From positions 15,270 through 79,269 of the IMG/VR virus record IMGVR_UViG_3300021963_000086: a DNA stretch of 64,000 nt; one strand, given 5' to 3'. Of the stretch, positions 1 to 9,273 are shown piece by piece (within the stretch, counting starts at the first letter, position 1; the number at the start of each line of letters is the position of its first letter). The stretch comes from a virus. Under the pieces are notes generated by a model, which searched no databases, had not been told where the DNA came from, and was given only the letters and a program-made list of their open reading frames with translations. The position numbers were made by a program, and so were the translations under genes.

Positions 1-1455
1 TCTCAAAATAAAAAAGTACAAACGTCAGATGGTAAGACGTTGCCGACGTTTCGTGAAGGCACTGGCATATTAGGATTGATTAATATTATTCTAGCAGGTA
101 CCAACGACTTTCAACAGTTCCGAAAGGAAAATAATAAATCAACACAAGCACCAAACAGCGATCTAAAAGATAAAAAGAAGGGCACCGATCCGTCTGTGGC
201 GGCTGACTTGTACAGTTTCTTTAGAGTACAAACTTGGTGTGACTTTACTGATTACGATTTCTTTACCCGTGACTGGGGTAGAAAAGTAACGTACTTTATT
301 TTTCCTAGTATTACACCACAAATCATGACTCCTAGCGATCAAGATGAATTTGCAGGTAAGGATGCTAAAGCTGTTACTAAAAAACGTATAGAGAATTTGA
401 GAAAAAAACGTGAAACAGAAAAAGAAAAAAATATACAGTTGTTAGCAAAACGTTATGATTATTTTTATACAGGACTTAATAATTCTGTAATGAACTTTTC
501 TATCAAGCTAAACAATGCTTACTTGTCTGCTATACCTCCTACCGATAGTGTTATGGATAATGCACAGTATGGAGATAAAATTAAGAACGACCCTAAGAAA
601 CCTAAACCTTTAAGTGAGCTAACTGCGGCCGAGGCAAGAACACGATGGGCCAGTAACGCACAAGAACTTAAAAAAGAAGAGCTTAAAGGCGAATCAGGTG
701 ATAAGTCTAAGATAGATAAACTGACAGCAGAAAACAAAGAATTAGGATCAGTGTTTACTCAAGAACAAGCAGATAAAAAGAAAAGACTAGGCCCTCTGGC
801 AAGAACGGGCATTACTCCACAAGGAGCAGACCCAACAAAACTTCGTATTGATCCAAGGATGAAATACACAGATAGTCAAGAAATTCTTAAAGACGACGCT
901 GTAGATCCTGGGTTCCTCCAAGTTAGATTCCACGAAGACGATTCAGGAAATGAAACACAGCAAGGTGTTGAAGGCCCTTTTAGTAAGAGCCGAGGTAGTT
1001 TTGGATACATTTTTAATCAGCTAAAACAAAGTGCAGACCTAGTAAACATTGATGTAGATATCATTGGAGATCCTTATTGGTTCGGAGTTCCTAATAGCAT
1101 TATTAAAGACAGGGTATTGAAAGCACAAAACGGCAATAATAGCTTAATGAAAACGGCCGCTAATTTTGAAGTTGGTGCAAACTATTTTTACATAACAGTA
1201 AACACACCGCAACCATATGATCCTGCTACGGGAGTAATGACGTTTGATCGAAATGATATGATTAGCGGATATTATGTTGTAAGAGAAGTGAAATCTAAAT
1301 TTACCAACAACGGACAGTTTTCGCAATCGCTAAACGGTATTAGAGATGTGGGTATTGTTACAGCATTTATTCCTAAGAGCGATGCACAGTTAGCAAAAGA
1401 AATTCGCGATGAAGACCGACGTCGAGAAGACGAAAAGAAAAGAGCAAAGAAGTAA
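1..1455 (+). CDS. Virion/baseplate hub-like protein (5' partial)
   Basis: Frame is open from base 1. C-terminal 'IDVDIIGDPYWFG...SGYYVVREVKSKF..GQFSQSL' resembles gp27/VgrG-like hub proteins. Lies directly upstream of the gp5-like gene. Confidence 0.6.
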   Translation, partial: SQNKKVQTSDGKTLPTFREGTGILGLINIILAGTNDFQQFRKENNKSTQAPNSDLKDKKKGTDPSVAADLYSFFRVQTWCDFTDYDFFTRDWGRKVTYFIFPSITPQIMTPSDQDEFAGKDAKAVTKKRIENLRKKRETEKEKNIQLLAKRYDYFYTGLNNSVMNFSIKLNNAYLSAIPPTDSVMDNAQYGDKIKNDPKKPKPLSELTAAEARTRWASNAQELKKEELKGESGDKSKIDKLTAENKELGSVFTQEQADKKKRLGPLARTGITPQGADPTKLRIDPRMKYTDSQEILKDDAVDPGFLQVRFHEDDSGNETQQGVEGPFSKSRGSFGYIFNQLKQSADLVNIDVDIIGDPYWFGVPNSIIKDRVLKAQNGNNSLMKTAANFEVGANYFYITVNTPQPYDPATGVMTFDRNDMISGYYVVREVKSKFTNNGQFSQSLNGIRDVGIVTAFIPKSDAQLAKEIRDEDRRREDEKKRAKK

Positions 1456-1458
1456 CCC

Positions 1459-3336
1459 ATGGCACTATCAGTAAGAGCAGGACAAGTTAGAAGTCATCTT
1501 AAAGACGATCCCGGTGGCAGAATTAATTCAGCCTCGGGCGTTTATATTGCTATTGTTAAAAACAATAAAGATGATTTAAACATGGGCCGCTTGCAAGTAT
1601 GGGTGCCCGAGATGAAAGGTAACCCAGACGATGCTTCTAATTGGATCTGGGTAAGCTATTGCAGTCCTTTTGCAGGAGCCACTAATCCAGAATCATTAGG
1701 TGGTGATGTTAAAACTAGTTCGCAACTTGCTTATGGATTTTGGGCTGTGCCCCCTGACTTAAACAATGAAGTCATAGTTGCATTTCCTAGCGGAGATACT
1801 GCAAAGGGTGTTTGGATAGGCGGGTTATTCCAGCAGGCAAATACTTATTCTGTTCCGGGGCTACCTAGGGGTAAGGTATATGCAGGAGATAATACAGGGG
1901 AATTGCCTAGTGCTGAAAAGAGCAAACGAGATTTAGATAATGATGCAAGTTTGCGCCCTAAGCATTCCACGCTAGCAGATGCACTACAACAACAAGGTTT
2001 AGATAAAGATTATATTAGAGGTTTAACTGATAGCGGAGCACATAGAGAAAGCCCGAGTCAGGTCGTAGGCTTATTAACACCAGGACAACATCAGTTTGTA
2101 ATGGATGATGCTGGCAACAATAATGGTATTAGATTACGTACAGCACACGGCGCACAGATTTTTATTAGTGATGCCTTTGGTATGGTTTATATCATTAATA
2201 GAGATGGTACTGCATGGTTTGAGTTGAGTGCCGACGGTCACATTGATGCTTACAGCGATAGCGGTATAAACTTTCACACTAACGGTGACTTTAATATACG
2301 TGCAGGCGGTAACGTTAACATCGAAGCAGGTGCAGGCATTAACATGGCCGCCGGCGGAGACTGGAAACTAAGTGCCGCAGGTACTGGTAACATTGGTGTT
2401 GCCCAAAAGTTAATTATAGCCGGCTCAGAAACACACATCAATGGAGAAGCTCCTGGTGTTCCTACAGTACACGGCCTAGCAGTTAACAGCGGTATTAGAA
2501 ATAGTGTTGCCAGTCGTGTGCCAGAACACGAACCATGGAGAGGACACGTTAACGTACCGCCTCCTGCCCTTGCAGGATCAAATGCGGCTATTACACCAAC
2601 TTCTGACCCTAACGCATCTAGCGAACCCCTTAACACAGATGACATTAATCCAAGCGAAAACGTTGACAATATCACTTGTAAGCCACTACAAGAACTACAC
2701 ATCAGCAAGCAAGGTGTAGATTTTATTTTAGGTCTCGAAAGTTATCGTCCTATCGACTACTGGGATTATAGATATAACAGTATTGGTTTTGGACATTTAC
2801 AACAACCTGGTATTGCTCATGACAAACCTGGGGAGTTCGACAACGGCTTAACATACGACGAAGCATACAATAAGTTCCTACAAGACATACAGGCATTTGA
2901 AAAGAGTGTTAAAAGTCGTTGGAGTAAAACAAAATGTATGACCCAGCCGCAATTTGATGCAATTATCAGTGGATGCTACAACATGGGTGTAGGTGGTTTT
3001 AGTGGTATACAATACAAAGGTAAAAGTATATCTGAGTGGGGCGCCGATGGTAACTGGGATGCCGTTGCACAAGGCATGACAGAATGTAAAGCTGAAAACG
3101 GTCGTAGATTAAAAGAAGTACAAGTATTAAAAGCTGGCAGTTATCCCCAAGGCATAACTAAAGCCGCATTAGAAAATACAGGCAAGACAGTTGTTAAACG
3201 TCAGATTGAAGGCGGTACAGGTGCACCTATTAAAGGACCAGAAGTGGGTCCTGGACGATATAAACCTATTATTGGAACGCCAACTGAAAGACAAAAACGT
3301 CAGTGGCAAGAAGCTAAGAAAAGAGCAGGCTGGTAA
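1459..3336 (+). CDS. gp5-like baseplate spike (OB-fold + beta-helix) with C-terminal GH24 lysozyme domain
   Basis: N-terminal 'D...MGRLQVWVPE...YGFWAVPPDLNNEVIVAF' OB-fold, Gly/Asn-rich beta-strand repeats, tip motif 'RVPEHEPWRGH', then 'ISKQGVDFILGLE...D...SIGFGH...TQPQFDAIIS..YNMG...RRLKE' lysozyme. Confidence 0.85.
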   Translation: MALSVRAGQVRSHLKDDPGGRINSASGVYIAIVKNNKDDLNMGRLQVWVPEMKGNPDDASNWIWVSYCSPFAGATNPESLGGDVKTSSQLAYGFWAVPPDLNNEVIVAFPSGDTAKGVWIGGLFQQANTYSVPGLPRGKVYAGDNTGELPSAEKSKRDLDNDASLRPKHSTLADALQQQGLDKDYIRGLTDSGAHRESPSQVVGLLTPGQHQFVMDDAGNNNGIRLRTAHGAQIFISDAFGMVYIINRDGTAWFELSADGHIDAYSDSGINFHTNGDFNIRAGGNVNIEAGAGINMAAGGDWKLSAAGTGNIGVAQKLIIAGSETHINGEAPGVPTVHGLAVNSGIRNSVASRVPEHEPWRGHVNVPPPALAGSNAAITPTSDPNASSEPLNTDDINPSENVDNITCKPLQELHISKQGVDFILGLESYRPIDYWDYRYNSIGFGHLQQPGIAHDKPGEFDNGLTYDEAYNKFLQDIQAFEKSVKSRWSKTKCMTQPQFDAIISGCYNMGVGGFSGIQYKGKSISEWGADGNWDAVAQGMTECKAENGRRLKEVQVLKAGSYPQGITKAALENTGKTVVKRQIEGGTGAPIKGPEVGPGRYKPIIGTPTERQKRQWQEAKKRAGW

Positions 3337-3573
3337 TTAGCCTTTTAGCTTTTCGATGAACATTTCTTTTGCTTTGTCTTTAACAAGTTCTTCTTCAGCT
3401 TCTAGTATGTCTAAGGTAATACTTGATAGTAATTCTTCTAGTTGTTTCCTACCATCATCGGTCCAATTACTATACTTAAGGCCAACACTACTTTTATAGA
3501 AGAATGATTTATTGTTCATCATCTCTACCATACTGCCGTAGAGTATATCTTTAATTGCTTGTTTCTTTTTCAT
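3337..3573 (-). CDS. Hypothetical protein
   Basis: Start re-assigned to ATG at 3573 (MKKKQAIK) to avoid a long overlap with the upstream ORF. Confidence 0.6.
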   Translation of the reverse strand: MKKKQAIKDILYGSMVEMMNNKSFFYKSSVGLKYSNWTDDGRKQLEELLSSITLDILEAEEELVKDKAKEMFIEKLKG

Positions 3574-3937
3574 CTTGTACTTTATCCTTAACTTTGTTAC
3601 GCGAAGAAATATTCCCGCTGTTGAGTGATTCCACATCGCTGACAGCTTCTTTAATGGTTGTTGCATAGTTTAGTGCGCTCTGTTTGTTAAGGATAATTGT
3701 AGTCTCAAAGTCAGTATAACCGCGAGTCAACAAACGCCAAATATGGAACCAGCGTGACTTGCTCCAGAAGTTTGTACGAGTGGTAGTATAGATGGTTACT
3801 GTGACTTGGTTGTCGGCTTCAATGTCAATAGTATGTGTACAGTCGTCATTGCCACACTCGCACACGGCCTTGTACATTTTACTGGTGCCCCAGTCATTGA
3901 CTAGGAGTACACCTTTAGCTGGCTTTTGTGGTTTCAT
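3551..3937 (-). CDS. Hypothetical protein with CxC...CxH motif
   Basis: 128-aa ORF tightly coupled to its neighbours. Confidence 0.65.
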   Translation of the reverse strand: MKPQKPAKGVLLVNDWGTSKMYKAVCECGNDDCTHTIDIEADNQVTVTIYTTTRTNFWSKSRWFHIWRLLTRGYTDFETTIILNKQSALNYATTIKEAVSDVESLNSGNISSRNKVKDKVQDEKETSN

Positions 3938-4155
3938 TGCATTACTGGTTGTTCAATTCTTTGAACTTTATCTTTCTTTTCTACAATGCCGTCTACTAAT
4001 TTGTCAAAATCAGAATCAGATAGAACAGTTTTATAAATGGTCATAGCCTGAGCTAGCATGACTCCTGCTAATACCGTAGGGTCATATTCATTTTTAGAAA
4101 GATGGGAAGTTAGTTCCCAGTATAGTTGATATGCGTTTTCTAAATTTTTGTCCAT
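3934..4155 (-). CDS. Hypothetical protein
   Basis: ORF from MDKNLEN; ATGA overlap with the next gene. Confidence 0.6.
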   Translation of the reverse strand: MDKNLENAYQLYWELTSHLSKNEYDPTVLAGVMLAQAMTIYKTVLSDSDFDKLVDGIVEKKDKVQRIEQPVMQ

Positions 4156-4156
4156 A

Positions 4157-4762
4157 TTAGCAACCATTATTGTTCAATGATCGAACTACATCGTCAAACG
4201 CAGGATTGTTTGCTAGTCTAATAGCAAATGCAACTCTGCAATTTTCATTAGTACGATTATCTATAGAATGCCAAAAATCTACTTTAAATGCAGTAGGACC
4301 ACTGGCATCACACTCGTCGATAATTTCCCAATCCTTAGGATCAGCTTGATTAGCTCCTTCAGGGAATCCTGCACGTGGCCCGTTACGATAATCAAAGAAA
4401 CCTAATTTATATTGATCGGCACGTACCCAAACCATTCTACTCCCGTTACATCCTCGTAAAGGTAAGTTAATGGTTGCATGACGAGGATCATGTGCTCTAT
4501 CAATATGCAATCCGCCCATGACTTTTTCTCGGCACACAAATATATTGATGTGATCAACACTCAAGCCTGCTGTATACAAGTCTCTAATAATTTCTAGATC
4601 CGTACCTAAATCTTCTAGGACTTCCATAGTAAAAGGATCCCAATAATGGTTTCTTTTTACAGTATCTCTTCGTTCAACCATTGCGTCGATGTCTTTGCTA
4701 AATTTAGCATTAATTTTTGCTATATCATCGGCGTATGATTTTTGTAAATGATAATAGTTCAT
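4157..4762 (-). CDS. 2OG-Fe(II) oxygenase / cupin-like protein
   Basis: HxD (LHID), distal H (FWHSIDN) and R (CRVAFAIR) in double-stranded beta-helix spacing. Confidence 0.65.
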   Translation of the reverse strand: MNYYHLQKSYADDIAKINAKFSKDIDAMVERRDTVKRNHYWDPFTMEVLEDLGTDLEIIRDLYTAGLSVDHINIFVCREKVMGGLHIDRAHDPRHATINLPLRGCNGSRMVWVRADQYKLGFFDYRNGPRAGFPEGANQADPKDWEIIDECDASGPTAFKVDFWHSIDNRTNENCRVAFAIRLANNPAFDDVVRSLNNNGC

Positions 4763-5214
4763 TACCCACCCCTTGGTAGCTCTTTATATGCTTTGTAGTA
4801 AAGCAGTTCCCTACCTGTTTCTTTTACGTTTTTAATGGCTACATCATTATTTACATGTACAAGGCTGGAGATTGATTTCTTCCCTCGTTCAACTTGAATA
4901 CTTTCAAATAATACATACATGGCTTTGTGCAAGCCCCTGCCTCTGTAACTAGGTACAACAGAAGTCAATGTAATCCATACTGTTTCGGCATCCCCGTCTT
5001 GATAACAAAGGTACCCTACACATTTATTTGATTCAGGATCTATAACGGCAACTACTTTAGATGTGCTCTGCCAGCCCTGAATAGGTTGGGCCCAACCTTT
5101 ATCTACCATTTCTGCCCATGCAATAAGATGCATACTATAGCACGGACTGTTATCTAACGGACCATGATATATTTTGTAATCTCTATTAAACTTGTCTTTG
5201 AGTCTGTATTTCAT
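4762..5214 (-). CDS. GNAT acetyltransferase
   Basis: 'VVPSYRGRGL' acetyl-CoA motif A and 'VHVNNDVAI' motif B. Confidence 0.8.
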   Translation of the reverse strand: MKYRLKDKFNRDYKIYHGPLDNSPCYSMHLIAWAEMVDKGWAQPIQGWQSTSKVVAVIDPESNKCVGYLCYQDGDAETVWITLTSVVPSYRGRGLHKAMYVLFESIQVERGKKSISSLVHVNNDVAIKNVKETGRELLYYKAYKELPRGG

Positions 5215-5368
5215 TCTTAGTTTGGAACCTGTATTCGCGTCTCAGCCACCACTTATACTTATCAAAGTATTCTTTCATGGAATACGGCAATTCGTTAAAA
5301 TTTTCGTGCTCGGCGCAGTTGTCAAGCCAAATGTTACGCAACCAATTTTGGAAATGACTATTTTTCAT
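5186..5368 (-). CDS. Small hypothetical protein
   Basis: 60-aa ORF in a tightly packed string. Confidence 0.55.
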   Translation of the reverse strand: MKNSHFQNWLRNIWLDNCAEHENFNELPYSMKEYFDKYKWWLRREYRFQTKNEIQTQRQV

Positions 5369-5442
5369 TTGTTAAGAAACTCGATAATATCTGGTGCAAA
5401 TACAAAGCACCAAAATCCGGCCCACACAATTACAACTACCAT
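5365..5442 (-). CDS. Small hydrophobic peptide (25 aa; not in ORF track)
   Basis: MVVVIVWAGFWCFVFAPDIIEFLNK; AGGAG RBS upstream; ATGA overlap with the next gene. Confidence 0.45.
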   Translation of the reverse strand: MVVVIVWAGFWCFVFAPDIIEFLNK

Positions 5443-5444
5443 AG

Positions 5445-5603
5445 TTAACTCCTAAGCTCAAATAATTCTGCGTATTCCTCGGCATCTGATTTGTCTCGAA
5501 ATGGCCGCATTTCTACTAAGTTATCGTCCTCATCAAAAATCATAACTTGCCATACAGTACGAACTTCGTCCATATCTAAACATACTTCTGCATATTTTGT
5601 CAT
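5445..5603 (-). CDS. Small acidic protein (52 aa; not in ORF track)
   Basis: MTKYAEVCLDMDEVRTVWQVM...; fills the gap and has an ATGA overlap with the upstream gene. Confidence 0.55.
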   Translation of the reverse strand: MTKYAEVCLDMDEVRTVWQVMIFDEDDNLVEMRPFRDKSDAEEYAELFELRS

Positions 5604-5827
5604 TCTTCAACTCCGAAATGTTCTTTAATCAAATCAAACGCTTGACCACGACTGACCATATCACGCAACATAGGACTCAAGGCTACACCACATTCCCTCA
5701 CAATCAACTCGGCGAACTTTTCAACTTCGGTGCCCAACAACACATTGGCAGACTTGTATTCGTCCTGTGAAGCCAATGCTTCTTTTGGACGACAGGATCT
5801 ATATAGTTCTGTTAATCGTTCGTTCAC
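5600..5827 (-). CDS. Small hypothetical phage protein
   Basis: 'EKFAELIVREC...IKEHFGVEE' pattern common in aquatic phages; coupled to the ligase. Confidence 0.6.
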   Translation of the reverse strand: MNERLTELYRSCRPKEALASQDEYKSANVLLGTEVEKFAELIVRECGVALSPMLRDMVSRGQAFDLIKEHFGVEE

Positions 5828-7137
5828 AGTTTTTCTCCTGCTTCAAAGCCACGGAATCGAAGGAAACGGGGGAAACGTAGACTGTAAGTGCCATCTTGAT
5901 TTTGTGTTACTGCATCAGCACGGACTTCAACAACCTGTCCAAACAGTTTATTACGGTTGCCCCAATATTGATCTCGATTGTCATCAGTAAAGCCCGAACC
6001 TACGTTAACAGTAATGTCCTTACCGTCATCATGACCTTCGCAAATAATTGCACCTAGCTTACCTACGTTCTTGCCTGTGCCTTCTTCAACACCAACAACA
6101 TTCAAACTAACTTCAATAAAAGGCTTGAGCTTGAGCCAGCTGGTAGTGCGTTTACATTCGTATTTGGCATTAGGATCTTTAATCATAATACCTTCATAGC
6201 CACCTTGAATAGCTTTGGCATTAATTTCTTTGAAACGCTTCTTACCTTCAGCTGTACCCAAATCTACTTCTTCGTGATCAAGGATAGCAACGTTAGGAGT
6301 TTCTGCGTCCCACAAGTCTTTCCATGCTCTGAGTTTAGCAGAGCGATCTACTTGTTTGCGGTCCCACTTGCCGATGTTAAAATCTTTCAGCGGAATAAAA
6401 TCAAATAAGTGCAGTACAGCATCACCGGCAGACACATCGCTTTTACGATGCACTTGCTTCATAAGATCCTGAAATGAGCTGGACATAACTTCGCCATCAA
6501 ACACTACAGGCTCAGTGATACCAGTTACAGTTTTTGCAAATTGCTTTTTGATATGCTCAAAGTTTACAAGTTCTTTGCCGTTGCGGCTGAATTGATCAAC
6601 ACGGCCATCAGGATATACAATAGTAAGGACACGCACTCCATCAAGTTTAACTTCGATGAGTTTTCTGCCGCCAACTTTGCTCTCATGATTAGCACTATCG
6701 TGAGCAAGCTGACAACTAAAAACAGGGACACTATAATTAGCATATTTTTTTCCTACTACATTATTGATAGTTTTTTCACTAACACCACAACGCAGATCTT
6801 TAATAAGAATGCGGCGATACCAATTATTCCATTCGTCTTGTTTAGCGGCACTTAGGCAAAGCTCAATGGCGTCCTTGGCCGCATGACCGGTTAGATTGCG
6901 ATTAGCAAGATCATCTGCTAGTGCTTTGAACGCAGACCAGGGTAAGCCTTGCCCATCAGGTCCACCGTGTGTAGGTACTTTCTTAACACCAAAAGTTACC
7001 ATGCAGTCAAGTGCCATACAAGCACCTTCAAAAAACTCTGTATTGCCAGCTTCGGCTTCTTGGGCAATAATTGCCTCTTTAACTAGGCGGCTGTTATCTG
7101 CTTCTAGGCTAGCAATAACTTCCCAAGGTTTACGCAT
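5824..7137 (-). CDS. lig: ATP-dependent DNA ligase
   Basis: Motif I 'EVKLDGVR', 'VFDGE', 'GYEGIMIK', 'WLKLK', OB-fold 'VGSGF...SLRFPRF'. Confidence 0.95.
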   Translation of the reverse strand: MRKPWEVIASLEADNSRLVKEAIIAQEAEAGNTEFFEGACMALDCMVTFGVKKVPTHGGPDGQGLPWSAFKALADDLANRNLTGHAAKDAIELCLSAAKQDEWNNWYRRILIKDLRCGVSEKTINNVVGKKYANYSVPVFSCQLAHDSANHESKVGGRKLIEVKLDGVRVLTIVYPDGRVDQFSRNGKELVNFEHIKKQFAKTVTGITEPVVFDGEVMSSSFQDLMKQVHRKSDVSAGDAVLHLFDFIPLKDFNIGKWDRKQVDRSAKLRAWKDLWDAETPNVAILDHEEVDLGTAEGKKRFKEINAKAIQGGYEGIMIKDPNAKYECKRTTSWLKLKPFIEVSLNVVGVEEGTGKNVGKLGAIICEGHDDGKDITVNVGSGFTDDNRDQYWGNRNKLFGQVVEVRADAVTQNQDGTYSLRFPRFLRFRGFEAGEKL

Positions 7138-7279
7138 ATTCTTTCTCCGGCCGGTAGCCTTGATGTTTATCTAGCCACTCATTATATTCTTTGCAGAACT
7201 CTGCATACTCTTCGGGAGTCATTTCATAAAGTGCAGGAATGCACTCGTCGCATTGAATTTCAGTATCAAAATTGTCCAT
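7130..7279 (-). CDS. Small acidic hypothetical protein
   Basis: Start at MDNFDTE. Confidence 0.5.
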   Translation of the reverse strand: MDNFDTEIQCDECIPALYEMTPEEYAEFCKEYNEWLDKHQGYRPEKEYA

Positions 7280-7289
7280 GATGGTTACC

Positions 7290-7610
7290 TTAAGCAAGAG
7301 CCAATTCTTTCGCACCAAAACGAATCACGCCTTCGTACTCTAACTGGCTCTTTTCGAACTCAGTGAGGTAGTCGTCGGCTACAACTTCCCAGTCGATAAT
7401 ATGCTCGCGGAAAGCATCATTGTCGGATTCAATCTGCGAACGCAGAGCCCTCACGACTTCAGTAACACGACCAAAATCCTTAAAGTTCTTAACCACATAG
7501 TCCGAACCGCCCTTGGCCTTCCAATAGGCGTTCTCGCCAGTGCCCAAGGAGCCGTCTTCCATCCAAGCATAGTTTTCGTAAACTTGGGTAGTAATCAGCA
7601 GTTTAGCCAT
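7290..7610 (-). CDS. Conserved early phage protein
   Basis: GGAG RBS and sigma70 promoter upstream; 'TQVYENY...YWKAKGG' motif. Confidence 0.7.
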   Translation of the reverse strand: MAKLLITTQVYENYAWMEDGSLGTGENAYWKAKGGSDYVVKNFKDFGRVTEVVRALRSQIESDNDAFREHIIDWEVVADDYLTEFEKSQLEYEGVIRFGAKELALA

Positions 7611-7641
7611 TTTCGAACTCCTTTTGCGTTACAATATCAAT

Positions 7642-7670
7642 ATTATACAACAAATTGGATTTATTGTCAA
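7642..7670 (-). promoter_or_regulatory. Early sigma70 promoter
   Basis: TTGACA-17 bp-TATAAT, perfect consensus. Confidence 0.85.
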
Positions 7671-8092
7671 GCCACGGTATAGGGCTTGTTCCAAGCGCCA
7701 ACACTCAGATGCGTATAAAATGCAGTATCAAAATAATCGGTCATTGCGTCCGAATTGTCGTAAAACTTTTTACCACCTGCACGGCCTGGAGCATTGTGCA
7801 TGATTTCGTTAATTTTGGTAAGAGCATCACAAGCCTTTTTATTGTGACCCCAATGATCTTTGATCCAGTACTGGTTGATTTGCAAGGAACGGTTTTTGCG
7901 AGCATACTCTGCTTCGCGGGCATCAACACCCTTGGCACAATATGCTTCAATAAAGTCAACATTGCCCTGTTGAACGGTTACATCAACTGACAGGCCACCC
8001 CCGGTCTTACGAACGCTGAACTTCCACTTAGGAAAGTGTTGCTTGAGTTCTGTACGAATTGCTTTGACATCTTCTGCGGAAATGTAAGCCAT
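7667..8092 (-). CDS. LPD29-like early protein
   Basis: 'IRTELKQHFP..KFSVR' and 'DNSDAMTDYFD..FY' motifs typical of LPD29-like domains. Confidence 0.6.
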   Translation of the reverse strand: MAYISAEDVKAIRTELKQHFPKWKFSVRKTGGGLSVDVTVQQGNVDFIEAYCAKGVDAREAEYARKNRSLQINQYWIKDHWGHNKKACDALTKINEIMHNAPGRAGGKKFYDNSDAMTDYFDTAFYTHLSVGAWNKPYTVA

Positions 8093-8124
8093 TTATGGAC
8101 TCCTGTTTGTTAACGTATGCCATA

Positions 8125-8153
8125 ATTATAGCAAAATACGAATATTTGGTCAA
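8125..8153 (-). promoter_or_regulatory. Early sigma70 promoter
   Basis: TTGACC-17 bp-TATAAT, followed by a GGAG RBS. Confidence 0.85.
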
Positions 8154-8163
8154 CCACTATTTT

Positions 8164-8181
8164 TGTGGCTTTTTTGCAACA
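8164..8181. promoter_or_regulatory. Palindromic operator-like site (TGTGG-N8-CAACA)
   Basis: TGTGGCTTTTTTGCAACA, 10 bp upstream of the -35; related copies at 43601, 43625 and 46407. Confidence 0.5.
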
Positions 8182-8193
8182 TTTTTAGCTGTA

Positions 8194-8409
8194 CTACTTA
8201 GGTATTACACCGCTTAAAGTTTGCAAAAACTCTTCTTCTTGTGGCAAATATGCAACAGGTTTAACCCAACCCTTGTTGACACATTGCACAAGAATCTGCT
8301 TATACATATCCGGGCAGGCTTCGTCGATTTCTATCGCGGCTCGTCTAAACAATACAGGTCCTTCGATCCAGGTCCATTCTTTGTCGCCTGCTTTAATTGT
8401 TTTTGCCAT
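8194..8409 (-). CDS. Hypothetical protein
   Basis: Likely start MAKTIKAG. Confidence 0.55.
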   Translation of the reverse strand: MAKTIKAGDKEWTWIEGPVLFRRAAIEIDEACPDMYKQILVQCVNKGWVKPVAYLPQEEEFLQTLSGVIPK

Positions 8410-8496
8410 ATTCATCCAATCGGTGTAGATGTTAAATATAGTTGATGCTACAATAAACACTTTACACTCACTTGCATCATTTGTAAAGAGATAATT

Positions 8497-9036
8497 ATGT
8501 CAGACACATTAGTTTTGAACGCAGACTACAGCCCACTATGCTTAGTACCATTAAGTGTAATTGATTGGCAAACCGCAGTAAAGGCGGTATTTTCCGACAA
8601 AGTCACAGTAATCAAAAATTACGATGATTGGGTAGTACATAGTCAGCATTTGGCATTTCCTGTGCCAAGCATTGTTGTGACTAACACATACATTAAACCA
8701 GAATATACTGTTGCGTTTAACCGCAAGATGGTATATCTGCGCGACCGTCATACTTGCCAATACTGTGGCGGGAAATTTGAACACAAGGATTTAACTTTTG
8801 ACCATGTAATGCCTCGCTCTAAAGGAGGAGAAACTACATGGGACAACGTTGTTACTGCTTGTGTTACCTGTAACTTCTTAAAAGGTACACAGCTTATCGA
8901 CCCGTTAAACGAGCCTCGAGCTCCTACATATTGGGAAATGGCGAAGTTAGTACGCAGAACCCATATTCATATCAAGGATCCGGCCTGGAATGAATACTTA
9001 AATTGGCCAGATGAGCTAATAAGAGCAGTAGGATAA
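8497..9036 (+). CDS. HNH endonuclease (McrA-like)
   Basis: 'RDRHTCQYCG...LTFDHVMPRSKGG.TTWDNVVTACVTCN..KG'. Confidence 0.9.
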   Translation: MSDTLVLNADYSPLCLVPLSVIDWQTAVKAVFSDKVTVIKNYDDWVVHSQHLAFPVPSIVVTNTYIKPEYTVAFNRKMVYLRDRHTCQYCGGKFEHKDLTFDHVMPRSKGGETTWDNVVTACVTCNFLKGTQLIDPLNEPRAPTYWEMAKLVRRTHIHIKDPAWNEYLNWPDELIRAVG

Positions 9037-9056
9037 AAAGCCCCTCGGGGCTTTTT
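9035..9056. terminator. Bidirectional intrinsic terminator
   Basis: AAAAAGCCCC-TC-GGGGCTTTTT between convergent genes. Confidence 0.85.
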
Positions 9057-9273
9057 ATTTGGCTCCGTTAAATTTTCTATCGTTGCCCCAAACAAGTGAC
9101 ATGATCAATTGATCATTCTTGTCGGCAAAGTACCATGTCATGACCTTTTCGTTCAATTCTGTGGTATACTTGTCTCCGGGTAACCCGAACTGTTCTATAA
9201 CCCAAATGCAGACTTCGTTCCAATGCTCCATGTGAGGGTTATTATCCCATTCTAACGATACTGGGTTATTCAT
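9055..9273 (-). CDS. Hypothetical protein
   Basis: 72-aa ORF with 'W..VC.WVIEQFGLPG..Y' pattern. Confidence 0.6.
   Translation of the reverse strand: MNNPVSLEWDNNPHMEHWNEVCIWVIEQFGLPGDKYTTELNEKVMTWYFADKNDQLIMSLVWGNDRKFNGAK

Noticed and set aside
519-3072. Antisense and alternate-frame ORFs over structural genes (likewise within 13735-23827 and elsewhere)
   Set aside because: Shadow ORFs of well-supported genes, with no RBS or recognisable motifs.
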